Shown piece by piece: positions 1 to 10,900 of a stretch of DNA of 64,000 nucleotides. The notes below the pieces were generated by a model, which saw nothing but the letters and a program-made list of their open reading frames with translations, was not told the origin of the DNA and made no database searches. The stretch is from the NCBI GenBank assembly GCA_963787835.1, contig CAWBEI010000002.1, positions 1 through 64,000 on the forward strand. The letters are read 5' to 3'. Each line of letters begins with the position of its first letter. The first letter of the stretch is position 1. The position numbers and the translations under genes were made by a program. This stretch comes from Ignavibacteriota bacterium. Lineage in GTDB: Bacteria; Bacteroidota; Ignavibacteria; Palsa-1295.

Positions 1-21
1 TTGTGTTCTTGTTAATGGGAT

Positions 22-727
22 ATGCTTACACTACGTCCATCAAACCAAACGCGGCCATATCGACCACGGATGGCTTAATACGTACCATACTTTTTCTTTT
101 GCGGATTACCACGATCCCGCGCACACGCATTTCCGGTCACTCCGCGTTATAAACGACGACCGCATTGTGGCCCACGTGGCTTTAGAATGCACCCGCATCG
201 CGATATGGAGATTATTACCTATATCATCTCCGGTTCGCTTGATCATAAGGATTCGATGGGAAATTCTGGCACCATTGCTGCGGGCGATGTCCAGCGCATG
301 ACCGCTGGTACGGGAATCGTTCACAGTGAATTCAACGGATCGAAGGAGTCGGTTCACCTGCTTCAAATTTGGATCTTTCCGGAAGCGTCTGAATCTCACG
401 CCGAAGCTACGAGCAACGGACATCTCACTTATCAGGACAAGCGCAACACCTTTCTGCCGTATTGCCTCCCATGATGGACAGAATGACAGCCTTACCATCA
501 ATCAGGATGCGAGCGTATATGCCTGCATCGTCTCCGATGGCGCGGTATTGAAGCATCATTTCATCGCCGGCCGCGGAGGATTTTTGCAAATGGTACGGGG
601 AACTGTCACTGTTAATGATAAGAAACTCCATCACGGCGATGGTCTTATGATCAAAGATGAACATGAGGTGAATATCACTGCTCCGCAAAATGCTGAAGCG
701 GAATTCTTGTTGTTCGATCTGGCATAG
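22..727 (+). pseudogene. Frameshifted mirror copy of the pirin gene (likely sequencing error, not a true pseudogene)
   Basis: Fragments [12 protein letters not shown]... and ...AEFLLFDLA match the intact copy at 14509-15210. Confidence 0.8.
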
Positions 728-748
728 AAATTGTTAGTACATCGTCCA

Positions 749-2457
749 ATGAAATTTATCTATCCTTCAAAATTCAGCTTTTCCGGCTGTTTTATCTGGT
801 GTATTACTCCTTTCATCATGTTCCCGCAAAGCTGGGATTGAGCATTCGCTGCGCGATGGTAGAGGTGGTAAGAAGCTCGGCGGGACGTTCCACGTCAATG
901 AGACGGCGGACATTCGCTCCCTCGATCCTGTGCAGATGAATGATCAATCATCCGTGCAAGTCGGGGAAAGGGTCTATGACCGGCTGCTCGAATTCGATGA
1001 AGGATTGAACCTCGTTCCCGGCCTTTCCGCATTGCCGGAAATCTCGAAGGATGGCCTCACCTATACCTATCATCTTCGCACGGATGCCTATTTCCATGAT
1101 GACGCATGCTTCCCAAATGGCTAAGGAAGGAAATTTGTGGCCTCTGATGTGATCTATTGCTTCACGCGTGCGCTTGATAAGACAACGAATAGCGGCGCGG
1201 AACCATATTTCAAGTATATCAAAGGCGGGTCGGCATATTACGAGAGTAATAAACTTCCATCGGGTGGTTTGCCCGGATTGCAGGCATTGAATGATCTGAC
1301 GCTCGTTATTACGCTCGAAAAGCCATTCTCGCCATTTCTATTTTATCCGGCAGTAGGATTTGGATTTATCTACCCCCATGAAGCTGTCGAGCATTATGGT
1401 CGCGATTTTGTATTTCATCCGGTTCAACCGGAGCATTCAAATTTGCCGGATATAAACAAGCGCAGTATTGCAATCTTGTCCGCAACGAGCGATATTGGAA
1501 GCGTGACTCTGCGGGGAATCAACTTCCGTACCTCGATACTGTCCTGTTCTCGTTCATTCTCGATAATAAAATGGAGATCGAGCAATTTCAAGCGAAAAGA
1601 CTCGATCATGTCTATTGCATCCCGAGCGAGTTCTTTAAGGATATGGTAGATGACCACAAGGAACTGAAAGGGAACGGAAAAAAGATGACCGATACATGTT
1701 CCCGCGTTAGCTTTCCAGTTCTATGGAAATTGATACTCCACAAGTAAATAACCCCCATCCGGCCGTGCGATGGCGTTCCGGTCGATCGGGATAAGATCAT
1801 CAAATATATACTGAAAGGTCAGGCCGCTGGGCCGGGTGTTCACGGCATTGTGCCGCCCTCCATGCCGGGATATCCAGTGGATGTGGTGCATCGTTCAGCT
1901 TCAATCCCGATAGCGCGCTGGCCGAGCTGGCTCTTGCAAAGAAGGAAATTGGCGGAACCATTCCAGACATTACGCTTACTTAAATGCCGTCGGCGGACGC
2001 AATACCGAGGTTGCCGAGGCTATTCAATCGCAAATACACGAGAATCTTGGCCTCAACGTCCAGCTTCAAATGCTCGAATTCTCCCAGCTCACGCCGCGCA
2101 TTGACGATGGCAAAGCGCCGTTCTTCCGGTTAGGCTGGATCGCGGATTATCCGAATCCTGAGAACTTCCTCAATTTGCTGTATGGAAAATCCATCCCGCC
2201 ATCGGGCCAAGTACCATCAATTCCACGCGCTACAACAATCCGGAGTTCGACCGTCTATTTGAAGCAGCCATCAACCAGACAGATAGAGTGAAATCCACCA
2301 GGACTTTGCGGAAGCCGAAAATCTTGCCATTCAGGATGCACCCTACATTGTGCTCTATTACGATGAGGATTACCACCTGCTTCAGCCGAACGTCCGCGAT
2401 TTTCCCGCCAACGCCATGTTCCAGTTGGATATGAAGTATTGCTGGTTCAGCGAATAG
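749..2457 (+). pseudogene. Frameshifted mirror copy of the ABC peptide-binding protein (likely sequencing error)
   Basis: Several ORF fragments match the intact copy at 12765-14486. Confidence 0.8.
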
Positions 2458-2476
2458 ATTGTCAATGAACAAATAG

Positions 2477-4321
2477 TTACGCCATCATCTGATCCGTGCG
2501 CTTTTTGGAACGATGTCGTTCCGTGGCATCCAGAATCTTTTTGCGGAAGCGAGTGGATTCCGGCGTTACTTCGAGGAACTCATCGTCCGAAAGCCATTCG
2601 ATCTGCTGTTCGAGCGAAAGGGTACGCGGGGATTCAAGTTGGATCGCCCCATCGGAGCCTGAGGCACGCATATTCGTCAAATGCTTCTTCTTTGTCACGT
2701 TGACAACCATGTCCTCCTCACGGGAATTCTCTCCGACGATCATGCCGCGATAGACTTTTGTGCCCGGTGGAATAAAAAAGACCGAGCGTTCCTGCAAATT
2801 TTCCATTGCGTAGGGGGTGGCGTCGCCATCGTCTAAGGAGATGAGTGCGCCGCGCTTGCGTCCTTCGATGGCACCTTTGTAGGACTCGTAATCGTAAAAA
2901 AGCTGATTGAGCAAGCCATTGCCGCGCGTCATGGTAAGGAACTCACCCCGGAACCCGATCATGCCGCGGCTCGGCATGTGATATTCGATGTGAGCCTGGC
3001 CGTTGAGCGTGCTCATGTTAACCATTTGCCCCTTACGAGCGCCGAGCGCCTCGATAACGGAACCCACATATTCCTCCGGCACATCGATCACGACCTGCTC
3101 GATCGGCTCCATCATATCGCCATCGACTTCCTGAAAGATGACTTCCGGTTTCGAGACGGCAAATTCATATCCTTCGCGGCGCATGGTTTCGATGAGGATG
3201 GCGAGCTGCAATTCACCGCGTGCCGCAACCTTGAAGGTGTCCGGAGAGACATCTTCGACGTGGATGGAAATGTTCTTTCGAAGCTCGCGCATCAACCGTT
3301 CGCGAAGATGGCGGCTGGTAACGAATTTGCCTTCGCGTCCGGCCATTGGGGAATCGTTGACGACGAAATTCATCGAGATCGTCGGTTCATCCACGTTGAT
3401 GATCGGCAGCGCGTAGGGATGCTCCGGATCGGTAATGGTTTCACCGATACGAACATCCTCAAGTCCGGCAAGCTGCACAATTTCACCGGCGGCAGCTTCG
3501 GGAGTCTCCGTTCGTTTTAGTCCTTCAAAAGTATAAAGCTTGGAGATTTTCGCTTTCTCGATGGTTCCATCATGGCGAATGCGCGAGATCCAGTCACCTT
3601 CATGCACGCGCCCACGGAAAATACGCCCCACAGCCAAACGGCCAAGATAATCAGACCAATCGACATTCGCAACGAGCATCTGAAATGCACCTTCGGTCTC
3701 GCCCGGAGGCGCAGGAACGAAGTCGATGATCATGCGGAAGAGCGGCGCGAGATCGGTCATCTCTTCTTTCAATGTCAGTCCGGCAAGTCCTGCTTTGCCT
3801 ACCGCGTAAATGATCGGGAATTCAAGCTGGTCATAGGTCGCACCAAGCGACATAAAAAGCTCGAATACTTCATCCAGCACTTCCTGAGGACGAGCATCTT
3901 TACGGTCGATCTTGTTGATGACCACAATGGGCTTCAAGTGAAGTTCAAGACTTTTCTTGAGCACGAACTTCGTCTGCGGCAAGCATCCTTCTGCTGCATC
4001 GACAAGTAGTAAGACCCCATCGACCATTTTCAGAATGCGCTCCACTTCGCCACCAAAATCCGCGTGGCCGGGCGTATCGACGATATTAATCTTTTTACCA
4101 CCCCAATGGATCGAGGTGTTCTTGGCCATGATGGTAATCCCTTTTTCGCGTTCGAGATCGTTCGAATCCATGACCCGTTCGGTCAGGTGTTCGTTCGAGC
4201 GAAACGTGCCGGATTGGCGAAGCATTTGATCGACGAGCGTCGTTTTGCCATGATCGACGTGAGCGATAATGGCAATATTGCGGATATCTTCCCTGATATG
4301 GACCGGCTGTTGTTCTGACAT
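2477..4321 (-). CDS. typA: Translational GTPase TypA/BipA (mirror copy)
   Basis: [13 protein letters not shown]-like [23 protein letters not shown], and the BipA C-terminus [10 protein letters not shown]. Confidence 0.95.
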   Translation of the reverse strand: MSEQQPVHIREDIRNIAIIAHVDHGKTTLVDQMLRQSGTFRSNEHLTERVMDSNDLEREKGITIMAKNTSIHWGGKKINIVDTPGHADFGGEVERILKMVDGVLLLVDAAEGCLPQTKFVLKKSLELHLKPIVVINKIDRKDARPQEVLDEVFELFMSLGATYDQLEFPIIYAVGKAGLAGLTLKEEMTDLAPLFRMIIDFVPAPPGETEGAFQMLVANVDWSDYLGRLAVGRIFRGRVHEGDWISRIRHDGTIEKAKISKLYTFEGLKRTETPEAAAGEIVQLAGLEDVRIGETITDPEHPYALPIINVDEPTISMNFVVNDSPMAGREGKFVTSRHLRERLMRELRKNISIHVEDVSPDTFKVAARGELQLAILIETMRREGYEFAVSKPEVIFQEVDGDMMEPIEQVVIDVPEEYVGSVIEALGARKGQMVNMSTLNGQAHIEYHMPSRGMIGFRGEFLTMTRGNGLLNQLFYDYESYKGAIEGRKRGALISLDDGDATPYAMENLQERSVFFIPPGTKVYRGMIVGENSREEDMVVNVTKKKHLTNMRASGSDGAIQLESPRTLSLEQQIEWLSDDEFLEVTPESTRFRKKILDATERHRSKKRTDQMMA

Positions 4322-4462
4322 ACTGTTTAGATATAATCTTTCTTTAATAGATGACCGCTATTTAGGGTAGGCGCGCCGCTAACGTGCCGATAGTGCGTAA
4401 TCGTTTCGTTCTCGACAGTTCCGTCATTATCTCCCGTCAACCGAGCGCACCTGTCCCAAACC

Positions 4463-4625
4463 TGTCATTCCGAGCGGAGTCTTCCGTAGCTGAGCGGAGG
4501 AAGACGTAGTCGAGGAATCTCCTGTCGTTGCAACTTAGCCATAATTTACGAGATTTCTCGACTCAGCAAATCGTCGCCGCATCGCCGACGATGATCCGCT
4601 CCGACTTGCTTTGATCGGAATGTCA
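4463..4625. repeat. REP/MITE-like palindrome (TGTCATTCCGAGCGGAG...GAGGAATCT...AGATTTCTCGACT...TCGGAATGTCA); mirror at ~10597-10759
   Basis: Terminal inverted repeats with internal hairpins, in an intergenic position. Confidence 0.7.
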
Positions 4626-4751
4626 GAAATGGCTTATTTTACCTTATTTAACCCACCCAAATATTTTTTTTACAAATTCATTTAATGAACTCGTGCTGTA
4701 CTTTTCATGAACTCCTGCAGTGATTTTCCTATCAAAACGATCATTATGTGC

Positions 4752-5522
4752 TTAGTTATGGACGGTATTAAGATCTTCGCTATTGAGTTCGCTTATCTTT
4801 TTCATGTCTCTGTGTGTAATATGGACACTCTCAAAATCTGAATAAACCTTCCAGATCGATTCCGCGAATGGCGCCATCATGCCAATTGCGCCTTTTCCGA
4901 TAAAATACGGTGAAATGCCTGCGCGGAAATGTTGGGAATAGACGATCATCGAAAGCTTGTTCTTTTCTCGAAGCTCCACGATACCCCGAGCGAGGTTCCA
5001 AAGCGCGTGGCGAGTTAATGTAGAAAATTCGAACGAATTTAGAATAACGATAGTACTGCCATGTTCGCCGATCTCGGCTTCGAGACGCGACGTATCCAGC
5101 GTTCCAAGTGGGCAATTCATCAGCCGGAGGTTGTTTAGAAATGGCTTATCCGGCTCGTTCGAATATTCCATGCCCTGGGCGACACCCTTGTATTTCCATT
5201 GGCTCGGAAGTGCGAGATGCGAGGAGTTCATTCCCTTCACCAATGTTTCCTGCATGAACTTCGCGCCTGCGTAAGTATTGACAAGCAGAATGTTCTGGTC
5301 GGGGAATTTCGTCGCCAGAAAGACCGACACCTCGCTTGCATGTTCCATCGAACTGCGAATGTCCCGGTTGAGGATCAGCGTAAGGCTATCGCTCATGGCC
5401 GTCAGTTCGTCCTGATTATACAGGAATTTGCAGAGCACACCTTTCCGTGGCTCCGGGGGTGTTTCGAACATTTGGCTGACACTAACCGACCGAATTGCCG
5501 AAATATCGTACGTTTTCATCAT
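4752..5522 (-). CDS. Hypothetical protein, degenerate RecA-like/AAA_25 ATPase fold
   Basis: 256 aa. Spacing of NILLVNT, TIVILNSF (Walker B-like, D>N), LSMIVYSQ and FAESIW resembles AAA_25 proteins, but there is no GxxxxGKS/T. Confidence 0.6.
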   Translation of the reverse strand: MMKTYDISAIRSVSVSQMFETPPEPRKGVLCKFLYNQDELTAMSDSLTLILNRDIRSSMEHASEVSVFLATKFPDQNILLVNTYAGAKFMQETLVKGMNSSHLALPSQWKYKGVAQGMEYSNEPDKPFLNNLRLMNCPLGTLDTSRLEAEIGEHGSTIVILNSFEFSTLTRHALWNLARGIVELREKNKLSMIVYSQHFRAGISPYFIGKGAIGMMAPFAESIWKVYSDFESVHITHRDMKKISELNSEDLNTVHN

Positions 5523-5674
5523 TATACCTTTCTTAAAGTTAATTGGTGCCTATCATCTCACCATATACAAGATTCACAACCACAACAAAGGTTTCAGAAA
5601 TATCAAAAATGTTGAAATTTCTTTCAGAAATTGGTGCGCAAGTGGATTAGAGGTGGAAGTACAATTTTGCCTCG

Positions 5675-5682
5675 TATCTTTG
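5675..5682 (+). promoter_or_regulatory. Bacteroidota-type -7 promoter element TATCTTTG
   Basis: Matches TAnnTTTG and lies 4 nt before the brnT ATG. Confidence 0.6.
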
Positions 5683-5686
5683 TGGT

Positions 5687-5941
5687 ATGGGGTTGATTGA
5701 TCACTACGAAGGTTTCGATTGGGACGCGGGCAACCGAGGGAAGAATTTGCGCGCACATGACGTGACCGATCTGGAAATTGAAGAAGCGTGCCGCAATGAG
5801 CCGTTTCTGATCTTTCCCGATGCCGAACATTCGGAACTGGAAGAGCGATGGATCATTATGAGTAAAACCGATCGTGGTTTCCCGCTGTTCGGAAGTTATT
5901 CGATACGGATCAATAAAGTCCGGCCCATCTCGTTCCGATAG
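5687..5941 (+). CDS. BrnT-family toxin with a premature TAG (frame continues to 5995)
   Basis: GFDWDAGNRGKNLRAHDVTDLEIEEA...EHSELEERW...VRPISFR, then TAG, then MDRKERRAFDE. Confidence 0.8.
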   Translation: MGLIDHYEGFDWDAGNRGKNLRAHDVTDLEIEEACRNEPFLIFPDAEHSELEERWIIMSKTDRGFPLFGSYSIRINKVRPISFR

Positions 5942-5969
5942 ATGGACCGAAAAGAACGGAGAGCATTCG

Positions 5970-6257
5970 ATGAAGCAATTGAAGGAACTACCTAAATTTA
6001 AGAACGAGGATGAAGAGCGGGATTTCTGGTCCACGCATTCGTTTTTGGATTACTACGATATAAAAAAATTTAGACGTGTGCCGGATCGGATTTCCTCGAA
6101 GGATGTTCTGTTGCACGAAGTGCTCGCCGGCATGACCGACCAAGTCGAACGCCTCTCCCGCGAAAAAAAATTGAGCGTCGAAGAAATGGTGCGTCAACTC
6201 GTCGCTGCGGGACTGAAGCAGCAGCGAATGCAGCCGGGGGCGCGAAGCGATAATTAG
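5970..6257 (+). CDS. BrnA/CopG-like antitoxin
   Basis: LPKFKNEDEERDFWSTHSFLDYYD motif and an RHH-like C-terminus; directly follows the toxin gene. Confidence 0.75.
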   Translation: MKQLKELPKFKNEDEERDFWSTHSFLDYYDIKKFRRVPDRISSKDVLLHEVLAGMTDQVERLSREKKLSVEEMVRQLVAAGLKQQRMQPGARSDN

Positions 6258-7240
6258 TGCGCCACAATCAGCTTTTGCGTTTGGTGTGATGTTATTCCAT
6301 CGATTGAGACGAAATAGACTCCCGCTGGTATTTGCGAGCAATCAACGGTTTGTGCGCTACTTTGGGATTTGGAATTATAAACGCACTCGCCGAACAGGTC
6401 GTAAATCTTGATCTGCGCGGTCGCTTCTGAAGGAATGTCTATTTGAAGTTCCCAGTCGCAAGGATTTGGAAAGAGTTTTACTTGTGGCTCAGGCACGCTG
6501 CTAACACCGGCATCGTAAGCATCGCCGATGAGGACAACGGAGATGGTATCCTTCGTAAGGGAGTCAAGAAGCTTTGCGGTGTCAATGTAGTGGCCAGAGT
6601 GAGTTGGATGAAAATAGCAGTTATAAGGAAGCTCGTTTTCACATGGATATAACATCGTTACAGAATCATGTAGATTAAATGGATCTTGGATAGAAAGGAC
6701 CTTTATTTGGTGATATACACCAAATGAATCATTATTAACTGCTAACCATAGACCTTGGGAATCTCCAACACTCAAGCCGCCAAAGTCCAATGAATCCGGA
6801 GCCAATATTTTACCGATGACATTAGGGTCATAGATAACACCTTGGAACGAATAAAAACCATAGTAAAATCGAATCATGGAATCATTACTTGGGTCAATGT
6901 AAGAAGACCAAATTGCACTATTCGGTGCGAAATAGCATACCGTGCTTTTGGACTTAAAAAGAATGGTTAAATTTTCAGAACCCGACGAGCCGCCGACTCC
7001 GGATCCGCTGACGCGAATGATTGAAGTGTCAAAATTAAAAAGAGGAGTAATATATGGTTGGGAGTATTCGGGATAGCAGCTCCATGTAAATGTAGTGCTA
7101 AATTGAATCTCCGAGTCAATTGGCACTCTGAAATAAGGAGTTTCTGCTGGCCAGAACGAACCGGAATACGGTGGATATCCTTGCCCGAAGCATGTTCTCG
7201 CGCCTGTCAGCATGATAATAAGAATCACCGTGTATTTCAT
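6254..7240 (-). CDS. Secreted protein with T9SS type A sorting domain
   Basis: Signal peptide; C-terminal LFPNP...IYDLFG...AGVYFV...KLIVAH. Confidence 0.85.
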   Translation of the reverse strand: MKYTVILIIMLTGARTCFGQGYPPYSGSFWPAETPYFRVPIDSEIQFSTTFTWSCYPEYSQPYITPLFNFDTSIIRVSGSGVGGSSGSENLTILFKSKSTVCYFAPNSAIWSSYIDPSNDSMIRFYYGFYSFQGVIYDPNVIGKILAPDSLDFGGLSVGDSQGLWLAVNNDSFGVYHQIKVLSIQDPFNLHDSVTMLYPCENELPYNCYFHPTHSGHYIDTAKLLDSLTKDTISVVLIGDAYDAGVSSVPEPQVKLFPNPCDWELQIDIPSEATAQIKIYDLFGECVYNSKSQSSAQTVDCSQIPAGVYFVSIDGITSHQTQKLIVAH

Positions 7241-7244
7241 CCCG

Positions 7245-7316
7245 CAAACTTACGGATAAATTCACGACTGCGCAAGGTCAATTATTAATACCCTATCGCA
7301 ATTAGTCGTAATTTTG
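7245..7316. promoter_or_regulatory. Divergent -7 elements TAAGTTTG (minus strand, 7245-7252) and TAATTTTG (plus strand, 7309-7316)
   Basis: Each lies 4 nt upstream of an ATG. Confidence 0.6.
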
Positions 7317-7320
7317 TGAT

Positions 7321-7650
7321 ATGAAAACCTTATTGACTATCGTGCTCTTCCTATTTTCAATTCCCGCTCATGCGCATCGGTTAGATACCCTTCCCGGACG
7401 TCTCATCAAGCGGATAACCACCCCGGCACAATTCGTATCCTTCGATAAGAAGCATGTTGATCGGTTCTTTGCGCGGGATCAGTCCAGCGGGCTATTGCTG
7501 AATGCTGTTATGACCGTGCCAGAAATGGATTGCTTTCTGGCGAATCATGCGAAAGACGATCTTCAGATCAGCTATGAGATCCATGAAGTAACGGACTCCA
7601 CCGCACCGGGGAGCGGCGGAGTCCGTTTATTTCATGGATCTCATAGCTGA
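7321..7650 (+). CDS. Secreted hypothetical protein truncated at the palindrome centre
   Basis: Signal peptide MKTLLTIVLFLFSIPAHA; after ~7608 the frame runs into its own reverse complement. Confidence 0.7.
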   Translation: MKTLLTIVLFLFSIPAHAHRLDTLPGRLIKRITTPAQFVSFDKKHVDRFFARDQSSGLLLNAVMTVPEMDCFLANHAKDDLQISYEIHEVTDSTAPGSGGVRLFHGSHS

Positions 7651-7979
7651 TCTGAAGATCGTCTTTCGCATGATTCGCCAGAAAGCAATCCATTTCTGGC
7701 ACGGTCATAACAGCATTCAGCAATAGCCCGCTCAACTCATCCCGCGCAAAGAACCGATCAACATGCTTCTTATCGAAGGATACGAATTGTGCCGGGGTGG
7801 TTATCCGCTTGATGAGACGTCCGGGAAGGGTATCTAACCGATGCGCATGAGCGGGGAATTGAAAATAGGAAGAGCACGATAGTCGATCAGGTTTTCATAT
7901 CACAAAATTACGACTAATTGCGATAGGGTATTAATAATTGACCTTGCGCAGTCGTGGAGTTTATGCGTAAGTTTGCGGG

Positions 7980-8966
7980 ATGAAATACACGGTGATTCTT
8001 ATTATCATGCTGACAGGCGCGAGAACGTGCTTCGGGCAAGGATATCCACCGTATTCCGGTTCGTTAGGCCAGCAGAAACTCCTTATTTCGGAGTCCCAAT
8101 TGACTCGGAGATTCAATTTGACACTAAGTTACATGGAGCTGCTATCCCGATACTTCCAACCATATATTACTCCTCTTTTTAATTTTGACACTTCAATCAT
8201 TCGCGTCAAGCGGATTCCGGAGTCGGCGGCTCGTCGGGTTCTGAAAATTTAACCATTCTTTTTTAAGTCCAAAAGCACGGTATGCTATTTCGCACCGAAT
8301 AGTGCAATTTGGTCTTCTTACATTGACCCAAGTAATGATTCCATGATTCGATTTTACTATGGTTTTTATTCGTTCCAAGGTGTTATCTATGACCCTAATG
8401 TCATCGGTAAAATATTGGCTCAGGGATTCATTGGAGCTTTGGCGGCTTAAGTGTTGAGATTCCCAAGGTCTATGGTTAGCAGTTAATAATGATTCATTTG
8501 GTGTATATCACCAAATAAAGGTCCTTTCTATCCAAGATCCATTTAATCTACATGATTCTGTAACGATGTTATATCCATGTGAAAACGAGCTTCCTTATAA
8601 CTGCTATTTTCATCCAACTCACTCTGGCCACTACATTGACACCGCAAAGCTTCTTGACTCCCTTACGAAGGATACCATCTCCGTTGTCCTCATCGGCAAT
8701 GCTTACGATGCCGGTGTTAGCAGCGTGCCTGAGCCACAAGTAAAACTCTTTCCAAATCCTTGCGACTGGGAACTTCAAATAGACATTCCTTCAGAAGCGA
8801 CCACGCATCAAGATTTACGACCTGTTCGGCGAGTGCGTTTATAATCCAAATCCCAAAGTAGCGCACAAACCGTTGATTGCTCGCAAATACCAGCGGGAGT
8901 GTGTTTCGTCTCAATCGATCTGGAATAACATCACACCAAACGCAAAAGCTGATTGTGGCGCACTAA
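7980..8966 (+). pseudogene. Error-rich mirror copy of the T9SS gene at 6254-7240
   Basis: Fragments at 7980-8252 and 8566-8844 match the intact copy. Confidence 0.8.
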
Positions 8967-9250
8967 TTATCGCTTCGCGCCCCCGGCTGCATTCGCTGCT
9001 GCTTCAGTCCCGCAGCGACGAGTTGACGCACCATTTCTTCGACGCTCAATTTTTTTTCGCGGGAGAGGCGTTCGACTTGGTCGGTCATGCCGGCGAGCAC
9101 TTCGTGCAACAGAACATCCTTCGAGGAAATCCGATCCGGCACACGTCTAAATTTTTTTATATCGTAGTAATCCAAAAACGAATGCGTGGACCAGAAATCC
9201 CGCTCTTCATCCTCGTTCTTAAATTTAGGTAGTTCCTTCAATTGCTTCAT
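8963..9250 (-). CDS. Antitoxin (mirror copy)
   Basis: Translation identical to 5970-6257. Confidence 0.7.
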   Translation of the reverse strand: MKQLKELPKFKNEDEERDFWSTHSFLDYYDIKKFRRVPDRISSKDVLLHEVLAGMTDQVERLSREKKLSVEEMVRQLVAAGLKQQRMQPGARSDN

Positions 9251-9278
9251 CGAATGCTCTCCGTTCTTTTCGGTCCAT

Positions 9279-9534
9279 CTATCGGAACGAGATGGGCCGG
9301 ACTTTATTGATCCGTATCGAATAACTTCCGAACAGCGGGAAACCACGATCGGTTTTACTCATAATGATCCATCGCTCTTCCAGTTCCGAATGTTCGGCAT
9401 CGGGAAAGATCAGAAACGGCTCATTGCGGCACGCTTCTTCAATTTCCAGATCGGTCACGTCATGTGCGCGCAAATTCTTCCCTCGAGTTCCCCGCGTCCC
9501 AATCGAAACCTTAGTAGTGATCAATCAACCCCAT
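9279..9534 (-). pseudogene. BrnT toxin mirror copy with 5' indels; the same TAG is present
   Basis: RGKNLRAHDVT...ISFR* is conserved. Confidence 0.7.
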
Positions 9535-9698
9535 ACCACAAAGATACGAGGCAAAATTGTACTTCCACCTCTAATCCACTTGCGCACCAATTTCTGAAAG
9601 AAATTTCGACATTTTTGATATTTCTGAAACCTTTGTTGTGGTTGTGAATCTTGTATATGGTGAGATGATAGGCACCAATTAACTTTACAGAAAGGTAT

Positions 9699-10470
9699 AA
9701 TGATGAAAACGTTCCGATATTTCGGCAATTCGGTCGGTTAGTGTCAGCCAAATGTTCGAAACACCCCCGAGCCACGGAAAGGTGTGCTCTGCAAATTCCT
9801 GTATAATCAGGACGAACTGACGGCCATGAGCGATAGCCTTACGCTGATCCTCAACCGGGACATTCGCAGTTCGATGGAACATGCAAGCAAGGTGTCGGTC
9901 TTTCTGGCGACGAAATTCCCCGACCAGAACATTCTGCTTGTCAATACTTACGCAGGCGCGAAGTTCATGCAGGAAACATTGGTGAAGGGAATGAACTCCT
10001 CGCATCTCGCACTTCCGAGCCAATGGAAATACAAGGGTGTCGCCCAGGGCATGGAATATTCGAACGAGCCGGATAAGCCATTTCTAAACAACCTCCGGCT
10101 GATGAATTGCCCACTTGGAACGCTGGATACGTCGCGTCTCGAAGCCGAGATCGGCGAACATGGCAGTACTATCGTTATTCTAAATTCGTTCGAATTTTCT
10201 ACATTAACTCGCCACGCGCTTTGGAACCTCGCTCGGGGTATCGTGGAGCTTCGAGAAAAGAACAAGCTTTCGATGATCGTCTATTCCCAACATTTCCGCG
10301 CAGGCATTTCACCGTATTTTATCGGAAAAGGCGCAATTGGCATGATGGCGCCATTCGCGGAATCGATCTGGAAGGTTTATTCAGATTTTGAGAGTGTCCA
10401 TATTACACACAGAGACATGAAAAAGATAAGCGAACTCAATAGCGAAGATCTTAATACCGTCCATAACTAA
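9699..10470 (+). CDS. Degenerate ATPase-like protein (mirror copy, 5' frameshifts)
   Basis: ORF 9784-10470 is nearly identical to 4752-5522. Confidence 0.6.
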
Positions 10471-10900
10471 GCACATAATGATCGTTTTGATAGGAAAATC
10501 ACTGCAGGAGTTCATGAAAAGTACAGCACGAGTTCATTAAATGAATTTGTAAAAAAAATATTTGGGTGGGTTAAATAAGGTAAAATAAGCCATTTCTGAC
10601 ATTCCGATCAAAGCAAGTCGGAGCGGATCATCGTCGGCGATGCGGCGACGATTTGCTGAGTCGAGAAATCTCGTAAATTATGGCTAAGTTGCAACGACAG
10701 GAGATTCCTCGACTACGTCTTCCTCCGCTCAGCTACGGAAGACTCCGCTCGGAATGACAGGTTTGGGACAGGTGCGCTCGGTTGACGGGAGATAATGACG
10801 GAACTGTCGAGAACGAAACGATTACGCACTATCGGCACGTTAGCGGCGCGCCTACCCTAAATAGCGGTCATCTATTAAAGAAAGATTATATCTAAACAGT

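Noticed and set aside
5939-5941. Genome-wide TAG recoding
   Set aside because: TAG ends conserved genes at their expected C-termini (pirin, ABC substrate-binding protein, DUF72, sulfotransferase 2).
7560-7660. Hairpin telomere of a linear replicon
   Set aside because: The fold interrupts a signal-peptide ORF, the centre is error-rich, and no protelomerase is visible. An artefact is the simpler explanation.
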